This document shows positions 19,568-32,044 of a stretch of 64,000 bases of DNA, piece by piece; within the stretch, counting starts at the first letter, position 1; the number at the start of each line of letters is the position of its first letter. The position numbers and the translations under genes are program-made. Under the pieces are notes generated by a model that saw only the letters and a list, made by a program, of their open reading frames with translations, had not been told where the DNA came from and made no database searches. Source of the DNA: Pachysolen tannophilus NRRL Y-2460 (Eukaryota); contig KV454015.1 in assembly GCA_001661245.1 (NCBI GenBank), positions 1,155,759 to 1,219,758 on the forward strand. The letters are read 5' to 3'.

Positions 19568-22402
19568 TCATCTAAACCATCCTTTATGATTTTTACTTTC
19601 ATCTCCACCATTATTGCTAGCCAAAGGCAGTTTATATTTCTGCAAAGCCAAGACATCTTCGATTTTATTCATAGCCAATTCTAACAACTCTTTACGTTGC
19701 TGTATTTCGACATGTCTTTTAACTTTTGGATCTTCTTTGGCAAAAAGTTCAATCTGCTCTTTTGTTAAATTACTTATCTTTATATCTAATTCTCGTGGAA
19801 AGTTATAGTAGAAATCTGATAATAATTCCACATTCAAGAATAGTACAGCGGTCTGGGTAAGTTTCTCAGCAACAGCATCTAAAAAGATTTCGGGACATTT
19901 GTATTTATTTTCTTTAAATTTACATTGAGATGATTTTAAAGCTTGTATTCTAAATTTCAATAATTCAGTTCTGTCTTTTAAAAACATTGCCTCTTTACCT
20001 CTTTTAATCAATGCATAACTAAAGTTAAGATTCTCATGTTGTTGTTGTTGCTGATCTTGCTTAGAATTATTTTGTTCCTCCAAATACGACACTAACTGTG
20101 ACAACTTTCTTCCTCCAACCTGTTTTTTAAGTTCATTATAAGTCTCAGTACATTGTCTCAACTCTTCTTTTAAAAGCATAATAGAATGTTCTCTTGATAA
20201 TGCCCATTCTCTATCTTCAAGTTCAATCTCATATTTATAAGGTTTAATACAATTTTCAACTTGATCGGCGGTGCTAAAAAATTTCCCATTTAATACTGAC
20301 TGAGCAGATTCTTTAACAACGTTTCTAGCCATTGGATGGCCCCTCAAAGTGGTGTTATCTACTATGTTATCAATTTCAGAAAGCAAAGCATGCGTTATTA
20401 ATAGTGTCGACATTCTTCCAACACCAGATTTAGTTAGACTCGATGTAGCTAAATCAAGTTTACGAACCCAATACAAATCATTAAGAGTAGCATGTTGTAA
20501 TTCTTGTAAATTTGGCTCAATAAGGTGTTCAGAGCCAGTAGAATTAGCTGGTGATGGTTTATTCCAATATCTTTCTGCTAATAATTCCAAGCATCTTTGA
20601 TCCAACTCACTTCTTAATAAAGAACGCAATTCAGGACGTCCAAACCTTTCAGAAAATTCTTTTACTGCAACTTTAACTGTATCTATAGAACCAGCTAAAT
20701 ATGTTTCTGGAGTTAAACTTCTATCATTGAATTCAACTTTAAATTTATATGAAGTTTCTTCCAATTCTTGTTGAACTAACATATAAGTAGGTCTCAAAGA
20801 CGAAGCCATTGATTTTTCCAAGACTTTCATCAATCTTTTCTTTAACAATCTTGTACCTACTGATGTTCCTTGAAATTCTTCTTTATTCTCTTTGAAATAT
20901 TGTCTTTCAAAATTTTGTTGAGAAACAAATGCTTGAAATCCAGTTGGTTTCCTGAAAATTGATTGTTGCGGTGCTTTAGTTACAACACCTACATATCCCA
21001 TTTTCAAAGGATACTTTTTATTTGTCAAAATTTCCCTTGCTCTTGTTGGATCAACTAAATCAATCTTAGTTATGACTCCAATTGTTCTTTCACCTCTTGA
21101 ATCAGCCATCTTAGCAGCTCTTATAGCAGCAGAATTCGCTAAATCAACATCTGCAGCACTGATTGCGAGGATAATATTTGGACTCTCAAGATACTTATCA
21201 CAAACAATTTTAATCTTTTTCTTCAACTCCATTGGTTGATCTGCAGCTTCTACTTGAATATATCCTGGCAAATCAACCAAAGATAAATCCGGAACTCTTG
21301 GAGATTTGATAATTAATTGAATTGGATCTGCACTGATACATTCATGAGCTGGAACTTGCATGTTTAAGTCATATAACAATTTTTGAACTGAAGTAAAATC
21401 GGTAATATTGTTCATCTGTAACGCTGGAAAATCTGCCACTTCAGCAGCCAATTCCGGTGAATTAACTAAAGTTAATTCAATAGGTCTTCTTGTAACCATA
21501 TTTGAACCTTTTGGTAAAAATTCTTGACCAACAATAGCTTCCAACACAGAAGATTTACCTGATGATTGAGAGCCAATCACAACAATCGAAGGTAACCTAA
21601 TATTATTTGAAGTATCCACTTTAGCTAATATGTTTCTAATTTCAATCATTTGCCTTGTCAAATTCAACATTTCATCATTAGTCGTATCTTCAAAATCATC
21701 ATCTTCATTGTCGTCTTCTTCTAAAAGTTCTTGTTCTTCTTCTTCACCTTCATTATTAGTATTTTCTTCATCTCCACTCAAACCGCTGCCAATAGCGGCT
21801 CCCACAGCAGCAGCAGTAGCCGCGCCATCGCCACCGTCATTTGGTGGCTGGGGACTACCATTTGGATTACCACCATTACCACTAGAATCCAACCCAAATT
21901 CAAGAGAACCGAAAAAATCATTAACATTATCCATTACATTATTAGCAAAGTCTCTAGCTTTGGATATTTGCTCTTGAGTAGCGCTAGAAGCCTGTTCTAC
22001 TTTATAGGCAACATAAGAACCTGCTGCTGCTAATCCACTGCCAACAGCTACCGGAATTTTTGTTACCCTTGCCGCAAATTTCCCTATACCAAACAAAGAG
22101 AAATTTCTCCTAACAACAATGTTATTCAAACTATTACTTGGTTTAGAAAATAAAAGTAATGGAGAAGAGATTATATTGGATCTCAATGTTGACGAGTTCA
22201 AGTTGGATTTCGGAATTAAAGGGTGATTCAAGTTATACAAACTATTTGCTTCATTATGATATGATCTAGGTAATGAATTTTTATTCAATAATGAAAATCT
22301 TTCAAAAAAATATGGACGATAGAAATGATGATATCCTTTAGCTTTCAACCTTGTGATTATTGTTGACGTTGTTGCTGATGAAGGTGCTCTTGGAAAGCTC
22401 AT
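19568..22402 (-). CDS. MGM1: Mitochondrial dynamin-like GTPase Mgm1
   Basis: Basic presequence, TM segment ending YVAYKV, second hydrophobic AATAAAVGAAIG, then LPSIVVIGSQSSGKSSVLE, DLPGY and TKID. Confidence 0.96.
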   Translation of the reverse strand: MSFPRAPSSATTSTIITRLKAKGYHHFYRPYFFERFSLLNKNSLPRSYHNEANSLYNLNHPLIPKSNLNSSTLRSNIISSPLLLFSKPSNSLNNIVVRRNFSLFGIGKFAARVTKIPVAVGSGLAAAGSYVAYKVEQASSATQEQISKARDFANNVMDNVNDFFGSLEFGLDSSGNGGNPNGSPQPPNDGGDGAATAAAVGAAIGSGLSGDEENTNNEGEEEEQELLEEDDNEDDDFEDTTNDEMLNLTRQMIEIRNILAKVDTSNNIRLPSIVVIGSQSSGKSSVLEAIVGQEFLPKGSNMVTRRPIELTLVNSPELAAEVADFPALQMNNITDFTSVQKLLYDLNMQVPAHECISADPIQLIIKSPRVPDLSLVDLPGYIQVEAADQPMELKKKIKIVCDKYLESPNIILAISAADVDLANSAAIRAAKMADSRGERTIGVITKIDLVDPTRAREILTNKKYPLKMGYVGVVTKAPQQSIFRKPTGFQAFVSQQNFERQYFKENKEEFQGTSVGTRLLKKRLMKVLEKSMASSLRPTYMLVQQELEETSYKFKVEFNDRSLTPETYLAGSIDTVKVAVKEFSERFGRPELRSLLRSELDQRCLELLAERYWNKPSPANSTGSEHLIEPNLQELQHATLNDLYWVRKLDLATSSLTKSGVGRMSTLLITHALLSEIDNIVDNTTLRGHPMARNVVKESAQSVLNGKFFSTADQVENCIKPYKYEIELEDREWALSREHSIMLLKEELRQCTETYNELKKQVGGRKLSQLVSYLEEQNNSKQDQQQQQHENLNFSYALIKRGKEAMFLKDRTELLKFRIQALKSSQCKFKENKYKCPEIFLDAVAEKLTQTAVLFLNVELLSDFYYNFPRELDIKISNLTKEQIELFAKEDPKVKRHVEIQQRKELLELAMNKIEDVLALQKYKLPLASNNGGDESKNHKGWFR

Positions 22403-22968
22403 CTTCTTATTTTTTTTAAAAAGAAAAAAAAAAAAAAAAAAATTTCCTCAGACTCTTCAATATCTGCCTTATATATAAGAGCAATCAATGATAACTCTAC
22501 CTGGCATTAATATCCAAGATCACAATATAAAATTTATTCCTGATTTATTTAAATTTTAAAGAACAATTTGATGATAACTCGCCTGATTTATCTTTTTATT
22601 TACCTTCAATAAACATTTTTTAAAAAGAATAACAAAAACAGCCCCTAAAAACGGTAACCAAACTAAAGAAGACAATTGATCAAGTAAGCTTAACGACGAC
22701 GACGACGACTACGACTACAACTACAAAGGCATAGACTACGGCTATGACAAGGGTGTCAGTAACATTGGATATGAAACTATTAAACTGTTATATTTAGCTA
22801 TTATTTGAAATGACAGATGTACTGATTTTTAAGATATGAAATTAAAATAAAAGCAATGTATGAAAAAAAAAAACGCCAATATAAATATCCTGAAATAAAT
22901 AAAAATCTATCAACTTTGAAACCCCACCGATTGAGCTCGGGCACACCAGACGGTATTATGTGCTTTAT

Positions 22969-25900
22969 CTAAACATCTTTATGCCATTTGAGTTTTAATC
23001 CCGGGCCTGAATTGGTATTAGCAGTGGGTCTAATTTCTTCTTCTTCATCCTCTGAGTCTCTGTCCCCAGTATTTGCCAAACCTAATGCATTCAAACGTCT
23101 GATACGTTCAATGTCCGTTTCTTCTTCTTCCCGTGACACTCTATTGTGATCTTGTTCCTCTTCTGTCTCCTCTTCTGTTTCTTCAGAGTATTCTCCTTCG
23201 TCTGAATTTTGTACTCCTTCTTCTTCTTCATCTTCATCTTCATCTTCAGAAGTTACCAGTCTAGGTGGAGGCGAATGCGATTTCATAACCTGGATATTAT
23301 CAGGACCAGTACTAACTATATTCGCAAATTTCGGAGTTTCCGCTTTCTTGCCATCTTTCTTGTACTCATCCAATATATTTGCTAACTTGTTTTGGATGTG
23401 TTTCTCATTTTCTCCAAGAAGCTCATCATCCTTCGCAGAATGCAGTACCCCTTCTGATTCTGGCACTAATACCAAATCAGAATTTCTTTCGCCAGCCTCT
23501 GCTGTAGACTCATTCATTCCATGTTGCTTTTCAAAATCTCCAGGAGTAGCTGAAGTAGGCGAAGATGTCGATGTTGATGATAACGTTTTACGAATACCAA
23601 CCAAGGAAAGTGCTTTCTTGGTTAATGTTGAAGCCAGAGCAGGTATAGTCGGTGTCTTATCAGCATCATTAAAATTAAGATGTTGCGCCTGGTGAGTATG
23701 TTGCCTTTCAATACCATCATTGCCAGGTTCGTGCTTTCTAATCTTGTAACGCTTCATAATTTCACCTTCTTCATTCTCTATAATAATTTCATCATCAATT
23801 CTGAAAGCAAAATATTTACCTTTCTTACGACTTTTTTCATCTTTATGAAGAGTTGGAATTGGTTGTATACTATCACCTGGGTGCAGAAAGCCACCATGAC
23901 CATGACCAGCACCAAGAGCTTCTTCTTCTTCTTCTTCTTCTTCTGTCTCGCTACGAAGTTTTTCAACCTCCCTTTGTTTTGCATCAATCGTAGTATCACT
24001 ATCTCTTATCTCAGATGAATCCTTTGATGAACTTCCTCTAGATAATGGTGTCAGGCTCTCATCATCATCTGGATAATCAACTACTGACATTACTTCTCCA
24101 TTCTCATCATCTATGATTAATTTATTACCCTCTTGATAACCTTTCTTCGCATGTCTTCTTTCACCATCAGAATCTCTTTCTTCAGATTCGTCCAATGGTA
24201 GTCCCAGTTGCTGTCTATGTCTAATACCCGAAGGAGGTGAAGCAGATGATGTTAAAACTCTACGAGGACCAAAATGTTGAGGAATTGTTTCTATTGCTTC
24301 CTCCGAAGAAGTTTCTTCCAGTTTTTTCTCATTTTCCTTTTCAATCATCTCAGCAGTGGTAGCTACTGCTGCAGCACGTTGCAGACGATCTCTATGAATT
24401 TTATTTAAATCCAAATTTTCTGAAACAGGTCTAGCCCTCTTCTTTTTTTTGAAATTCTTACGCTTCTTCATTCCACCAGCAGGACGTACTGGAATACCAC
24501 TTGTTTCAATAGTAGTAGTGGCACTTAAAGGTTGTTGTTGATGTTTTTCCAGAAATTTAGTATCAGAAGAAGCCATGGTATCAACTTTATGTAAAGAGAA
24601 TGAACGACCATTTGTTTCCAATCTTGGTAAACGAGACATCCATGATTGTGAATTTGGATTTGCTTGTGTTTGTGTAAATGACATTGTAAATGAAACCGTT
24701 CTTAAATGTCTACCAAGAACTATAACAGCGACAGAAGATCCATGGACTATAATTGAAGTTAATATGATAAATGTTACAATGGGCCAAAGATAAGTAATCA
24801 CATAATGATGACTTACTCCATCTGAAGGGATTTGATCTAAATAACTTTCATGATTTGTATAATGCTCTTCTAATAATTCTCTTGCTAATATTACTGCATA
24901 AACAGCACCTACTCCTATAGGACCAAAATGTCCAGCAAATAGAGCTTCTCTTGAAGTATTTAAATCTGGAGTTAATTTCCAAATTGCCATTACAGCAGGA
25001 ATTCTTCTTAAAAATATAATCACTATTGCAAGACAAATAAATTTCCAAATTGGTAAACCAATATCTGTTTTATTGTATAATTCCCAAGGAATAATTGCAC
25101 CAAAATAAACAAAATAAGCTAAATTTAAAATCAAATCAATGACTGTTGAAATATGAGAATCTTCTGTTTTCTTTGCATAAGCGCCATTCCAAGCAAACGC
25201 TGTACCGGCGGCAAATGCAACTAATAATTCATCAACACCAATAATGGATCCAATACCAGCACAAGCAAATGCTAATATAAGGAAAATTGCTAAAAAAGAT
25301 TCTCTATCTATAAGATTTGAATTTTCACAATAAATTAACATTTTTCTTGCTGACCAACCAATTATTGTTCCCAAGATACAACCAAATATACATTCATATA
25401 GAATTGTAACACAAATCCATTCTTTCACTATTTCTCCAGCATTTCCTTCATGAATGATCAAATTATAAGCTAAAAAGATAAATGGGAAAGCCATACCATC
25501 ATTACAACCACTTTCAGCACTTAATAAATTACGTAAATGACCAGGAACACGTTGAGCAAATTTACCTTTACCAACAACAGCTGCTGCCAAGACAGGATCA
25601 GTTGCAGTAACACAACCAGAGACTAATAAAGCTTCTGAAAAATTTAAATTAGGTCTAAAAATGATCCAAATAAATAATCCAACTATTAACCAACCAGCAG
25701 TCATTGTAGGAACAAGTAATATAAATAATGAAATCCAATGTTTTTTCATATATTTTTTCGGTAATTCAACTGCAACTGCAAAGATTTGAATACATAATAC
25801 AATTTTTGAAATTTGAAAAGTTAAATTTTCTAAACCCCATTGTGTTGGTATAAACCATTTTAAACAATGCGGTCCAACTATTAATCCAACAATAGTAGCA

Positions 25901-26151
25901 ACTGTAGCTTCACCAATATATAACCTTTCCTTAATAAATAATGAAACAAATGAAAATAATAACGAAAATATACCTATTATAGCATATGCCACATGTTCTC
26001 TACTAGCCTAAAGTTGAAATGAAGGTTTCGAAAAAACGAAACCAAAAATGCAAAAAAAAAAATTGTTAACATTTAATTCAATTAAATCAAACATGATTCA
26101 AAAACTTAAAAAGAAAACAAACAAACTTACATCTATTTGAGACCAAACCAT
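22969..26151 (-). CDS. NHA1: Plasma-membrane Na+(K+)/H+ antiporter; 2 exons (26151-26131, 26007-22969)
   Basis: Spliced start MVWSQID/ASREHVAYA resembles Nha1. TATDPVLA, AESGCNDG, GHFGPIGVGA, SIIVHGSS; long acidic tail. Intron 26130-26008 (GTAAGT..TAG). Confidence 0.93.
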
Positions 26152-26697
26152 TACTTCAAACTCCTATTTCACTTTTATCTATACAGGAAGATATTTCATA
26201 ATTAATCAACTTTTTTTTTAAAAAACTAATAAATTAATAAATTAATAAAAATTATAATATATTCTTATTCTGCCTTCTGTTGAAATCAAATTAATTTAAA
26301 AGTTATGTAGAGCGGCTTTTTACTTGCCATTTTAAAATAGAAGAAGAGCTATTACACTACCGCAAAAATAGAAGTTATAATAAAATTATCATATAAATAT
26401 ATATCTTTATAGTAGCTATATATATATATGAAACTATATCATTTCTCTTGTAGAAGAAAACAAATCAAATACCGTGAAATATACAAAATAACAAATTACA
26501 GAAAACTCAAAACCAAAACTTTTCAACCAACAAAAAAAAAAAAAAAAAAAAAAGATAAAGAAAACTTATAGCACATCACGAATAGAAAAGAATAAAGAAA
26601 ATAAAGTTAAAGCCAAGGTCAAGTCCAAGGCCTTGACCTTGATCTTGATCTTGACTTTAACTGATCAAAATAAAATAAGTATTTACCATCCTATCAT

Positions 26698-26999
<302 letters not shown>

Positions 27000-27190
27000 C
27001 TTCTTCTTCTTTTTTTCCAAAAATTAGATACCAAAAATTAAACCAGGTAACTAATTGATTAAATTATCGTATTATTATCTATTTCGTATATATTTTTGAT
27101 GATTTTTTAAATAAAAAAAAAAAAAATTTTTTTTTTCCACAAAGTGTCAGCAAAAAAATAAAAAATAAAAAAATAAAAAAAATTTTTAAG

Positions 27191-27200
27191 TGAAAAATTT
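27191..27200 (+). promoter_or_regulatory. RRPE element in the RPB10-NAN1 bidirectional promoter
   Basis: TGAAAAATTT between two divergent ribosome-biogenesis-regulon genes. Confidence 0.55.
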
Positions 27201-27310
27201 ATTGGTATTAAAGAAATTTTTTTGGTATTATAGAATTAGACGATATTAGTAATTTGTATCAGTATCTTTATCGGTTTGAGATTAAAGGTATAGAGGATAT
27301 AGTAGATCAG

Positions 27311-28850
27311 ATGCCTATATTGCAATCATCATTGGTTTCTGGGTCTTCTGGGTCTAGTGGATCTAGTAGAGTTAGCTCTGCTGAGTGGAAAGTTTCATTA
27401 CAAAATGGCGGAAGACTTTTATCATTAGGACAAATTTTTTCACTTGATGGGAGGTATTTTATAGCTTTATTCAAGAATCAGTTGAAAGTTTATTTTTTAT
27501 CTACTAGACAGTGTATCAAGACTGTTTTTCATGAGTTATCTTTAGTGGTTGATACTAGGATTTTAACATCAGAACCAAATCATTTATATTTATTTGATAG
27601 ATTTGGATCAGTTACAATAATTAATTGGAAAGATAAATTAATTGATTCAATAGTTGGGAAGTTTAAATTAGATTTTAATGGTTTCCCATTATTAAAAATT
27701 ATTGATTTTAATATTGAAAAAATTAATAATGATGATAAAAAAATTTCAGTTATTGCTGTGGTGGGTAAATTTACAAATACAAAAATACCAGCTCCTCATA
27801 CAAGAATTTTATGTAAATCTATATTTACAACAACTAGTACTAAATCATCATCATCACTTGATAAAAATTTTAATTTTGAAGAACTTTTAACTTTGAAAAA
27901 TATATTAATGTTTCAAAAATCTGTTAATAATGAAAATTTAATTTTTTTAAATAATAATAATGAAATTATTTCAATTAATTTAAAAAATTTTGGCAAAGAA
28001 TTAAAACTGAAAACGGTACCTTTTATATTTAAATCTCCAATTACATCTTTAGCAATATCTAATGATAATTCAACTATAGCATTAGGTACAACAACTGGTA
28101 TTATTCAACTTATATATATAAATAATTTGGATAAACCACAAAGATTATTGAAATGGCATATTGATCATGTTAAAGCTTTACAATTTAATCAAGATGATAC
28201 TTATTTACTTTCTGGTGGTATTGAAAAAGTATTAGTATTTTGGCAAATTGATACAGATAAACAACAATTTTTACCAAGATTAAATGGTATTATTGAAAAT
28301 ATTGATATTGGTATTAATACTGATTTATATTCAATCACTTTAAATTTAAATGAATTAAATGATACTGAATTATTGGTATTAAGTGGTGTAGATTTATCTT
28401 CAAGATTAAATGTTAATGGTGTTAGACCAAATTTTAATTTAAATTCAATTAAAAGTTTAGAAAAAAATAGAAAAAAATTGATTAAACAACATTTAGAAAA
28501 TAAAAATGATGATTTTGATATTACCAAAATTAAAAATGATTTAACTGCAATTTTTGAAATTCATCCTCTTACAAATTTATTATATTTTCCTAATGGTTCA
28601 ACTATACAAGCTTATGATTTTATACAAAATGAACAATCTTTTGTTCAAACAATTGTTCCAACATTACAAACTGGTAAAGTTAAATCTGAACAACAAATTG
28701 CTGATCCAAAGATTGAATTATTAAGTTTCACAAATGATGGGAAATGGATGTGTACATTTGATTCTACTCCAACTCCAAACTTGGATAATTTATTATCAAA
28801 TAAAGTTATAACTTATTCTTTAAAATTTTGGAAATATATTGAAAATATTG

Positions 28851-28890
<40 letters not shown>

Positions 28891-29965
28891 AAGACAATCA
28901 TCTTCAACAACCACTGGTCATTGGGAACTTTCAACAAAAATCATTTCTCCTCATGGTGATAACAATCCAATTGTTTCTATGATACCTGCACCTTCTTCAT
29001 ATCATGGTGGTGTTGCATTTTTAACTGCTGATAATAAAAGTGGATTAAGATTATGGAGACCAAGAATTCCAAAAGAAATATACCTGAAAATTGGAAATCT
29101 GACAAATAATGAAAAATTACAACAAACTGCTTGGACATTGAAAAAATCAAGAGATGGTAATGGTATATTTGAATCAAATTCAGTATCTTTAACTTGGTCA
29201 GAAGATTCATCAATTATTATAATGGGGTTTGAAAATTCTTTACAAATTATTGATTGTAATATTTTTAAAGAATTTGATTCAGAAACTTTTCAATTACCTT
29301 CTTTAAGTGGTTCAAGAATAAGATCTGTTAAAATCATTGATAATAAATTAATTTGTTTAGCTAAAAATAGGTTAATTTGTTATGATTTGTTAAATAATAA
29401 AAATGGAGAATTATGTGGGAAACTTTCAACTCCAACTGGTGGTGAAAATTTAATTGCTCTTGATAATAATATGAATTTAATTGCTTTAGTCATTAATTAT
29501 TATAATAAAGATGCAGATTATAATATTAATGCTAAAATTTTCATTTTCAAACCAGATTCTTTAATTCCTGTATACATTGCTAATCATTCACAATTTGTTT
29601 CATCGATACGTTACTCATCTAGTCTGAACTCTTTTATATTCATTGATTTAGATGCAAGAATTGGGCTATTATCTTTAACTACAGAAGATTTAACTTCTAA
29701 ATCATCTAATGTTGCACTTGATTACGCTTATGAAATGAATATCTTGCTACAAAATGCTCAGAAAAAAGCTAGAATCATATCATCATCTAACTCCAAGAAA
29801 GAAGGAAACGAAAATGGAAAGATTAATCCACAAGATTTCAACGAGGAAAGCAGAAACGCTAACAGCATATTATTGAATTCTAATACTTTTGAAAATCTCT
29901 TGGAAAATGTCGAAGGAGTCCAATTGGACACTTTGTTCGAGCGCATCATGGAAATCATAGGTTGA
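27311..29965 (+). CDS. NAN1: SSU processome t-UTP subunit Nan1/Utp17 (WD40)
   Basis: FSLDGRYF, KVYFLSTRQCI, QRLLKWHID, YLLSGGIEKVLVFWQ, QFLPRL, DGKWMCTFD, LKFW. ATG at 27311. Confidence 0.9.
28853..28888 (+). repeat. (AAT)12 microsatellite encoding poly-Asn in Nan1
   Basis: Twelve perfect in-frame AAT codons. Confidence 0.9.
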
Positions 29966-30031
29966 GACTCAGGCTAAGGCTGAGATATCCAAGTTGAACC
30001 TCGTGCCATCCCCACATCTTCCAATTCCATC

Positions 30032-30074
30032 TCCATCTCATCCATCTCATCCATCTCATCCATCTCATCCATCT
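30032..30074 (+). repeat. 9-bp tandem repeat (TCCATCTCA), about 4.8 copies
   Basis: Four full copies plus TCCATCT, between NAN1 and NPT1. Confidence 0.85.
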
Positions 30075-30411
30075 ATTGGCCGCCGTCGTATATAGATTAG
30101 TATTTAGGTCTTCTTTGATTACCCAATTAAGAAATTCCTTAATTAGGTAATTGTTTTTATTTTTTTTTTATTAATGTTTAAAATAATGTTTAATTGAAGC
30201 CATTTAGAAACCTCAAAGCCTTCTTTCAATTTTTAAAAGAAGTTGAACTAATACAAGAGAAATAGATAAGGTATTTTATCATCAATTTATTCAAGTTTTG
30301 AATCATCAATTTGCTATTTCATTTATTTTGCTTTTTTTGCCTTTTCTCCAATTTTTTCAATTCCTTTTTTTTTTTTTCCCCTTTTTTTTTTGGCCTTTCC
30401 AAAAAAAAACA

Positions 30412-31680
30412 ATGACAGCTGATAACGTTATAAAGTCTTTCTTAGACACCGATCTATATAAGATCACAATGCATGCTGCTGTGTATCTTCACTTTCCGAA
30501 TGTTCAGGTTTCGTACAAGTATACTAATCGTACGCCTTCGATGAAGTTGAATAAGGCTGCAATTGAGTGGTTGAAACTTGAGATATCTCTGTTGGAGTTG
30601 TTAAGATTTACTGATGATGAAGTACAGTATTTGTTGCAAGAGGTATCGTATATGCCAAAAGAATATTTTGAATATATTAAAGATTTTAAGCTTGACCCTA
30701 AGAATCAGGTCAAAGTTTATGAAGATCTGGATAGTCCAGATGGTTTTGGTTTAGAAATTGTTGGGAGTTGGGTGGAAACGATTTTTTATGAAATTCCATT
30801 ATTGTCATTAATATCGGAAGCTTATTTTAAGTTTGTTGATACCGATTGGAATTATGATGGACAATATGAACTGGCTAAGGATAAATGTGAAAAGCTTTTT
30901 GAAAACAATTGTAGTTTTAGTGAATTTGGTACAAGGCGTCGGAGATCATTTCATGCTCAAGATCTTGTGATCAAAGGTTTAGTCCAATATCAAAGCGAAC
31001 ATCCTGAAAAAAAACAATTATTACTGGGGACTTCAAATGTTTTCTTTGCTCGGAAATATGGTATTAGACCAGTTGGTACTGTTGCACATGAATGGATGAT
31101 GGGGATTGCATCGATAACTCAAGATTACAAGAATGCAAACAAATTGGCTATGGATTATTGGATTGAAACTTATGGTAAAGAACATACGGGATTGGCATTA
31201 ACAGACACTTTTAGCACGGATTATTTCCTCAAGACTTTTACGCCACCATATTCAGATTATTACACTGGTGTTAGACAAGATTCAGGAGATCCAGTCATCT
31301 ATACAGAAAAATTGGCAAATCACTACTTTAATGTATTGAAATATCCTAAATTTTCTAAAATTATATGTTATAGTGATTCATTAAATGTTGAGAAATGCAT
31401 AGAATATAAACATAAAGCAGATGAAGTTGGCTTAAAAGCAACATTTGGTGTTGGAACTTTCTTCACCAATGATTTCAAAAGTAATCTGCCTCCTTATCTG
31501 AAATCTTCACCTCTCAATATCGTTATCAAGTTACAGGAAGTCAACGGTAAACCAGCAATCAAGATTTCTGATAATATCGGTAAAAATATGGGTGATAAGC
31601 CCACAGTTGAACTCGTTAAAAAAGAACTTGGAATCATTGATAGAAATTGGACAGCAGGCGATGAGTCCCACAGGTGGTGA
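30412..31680 (+). CDS. NPT1: Nicotinate phosphoribosyltransferase
   Basis: [61 protein letters not shown], ends ESHRW. ATG at 30412. Confidence 0.96.
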   Translation: MTADNVIKSFLDTDLYKITMHAAVYLHFPNVQVSYKYTNRTPSMKLNKAAIEWLKLEISLLELLRFTDDEVQYLLQEVSYMPKEYFEYIKDFKLDPKNQVKVYEDLDSPDGFGLEIVGSWVETIFYEIPLLSLISEAYFKFVDTDWNYDGQYELAKDKCEKLFENNCSFSEFGTRRRRSFHAQDLVIKGLVQYQSEHPEKKQLLLGTSNVFFARKYGIRPVGTVAHEWMMGIASITQDYKNANKLAMDYWIETYGKEHTGLALTDTFSTDYFLKTFTPPYSDYYTGVRQDSGDPVIYTEKLANHYFNVLKYPKFSKIICYSDSLNVEKCIEYKHKADEVGLKATFGVGTFFTNDFKSNLPPYLKSSPLNIVIKLQEVNGKPAIKISDNIGKNMGDKPTVELVKKELGIIDRNWTAGDESHRW

Positions 31681-32044
31681 AAAACTTGCCTGGCAACCTC
31701 TACCTTCTTATCCACTCTATTCTCTTTATCTCCATTGATGATGATGATGATGCTTGATCATTTTATATACTTTATATACAATTAACTAACTACTTCATAA
31801 TCGTACCTGCCACATATTTACTCGTAACAGGTAATCGTGGGTTCTGTGGCTGGTGTTTAGTGGTCTTTTTTTTTTACTCTTTTTAGTAATAATGTGTGGC
31901 TAAGGTTTACTAGGCTTTCAAATTTTCCGTTATATAATTTATCTCTTGTCTGTTTCTCTCATACTTTTGAAGATGATAATGTTGTTATATGTATTTTGTA
32001 CCTTGATGATAATTTAATAAGAATAGGTGAATGGAATTGTGGAG

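Noticed and set aside
22690..22745. (ACG)n/(ACT)n repeat as a CRISPR-like array or micro-gene
   Set aside because: Simple degenerate trinucleotide microsatellite with no spacers, in a eukaryotic context.
30298..30411. Phe-rich, signal-peptide-like N-terminal extension of Npt1 in the ORF track
   Set aside because: Artefact of a TTG start read through a poly(T) 5' region; the conserved protein begins at ATG 30412. The same applies to TTG/GTG starts of STD1, TFB2, NAN1, KAP120, PTP, HAS1, HUA1 and SLH1.
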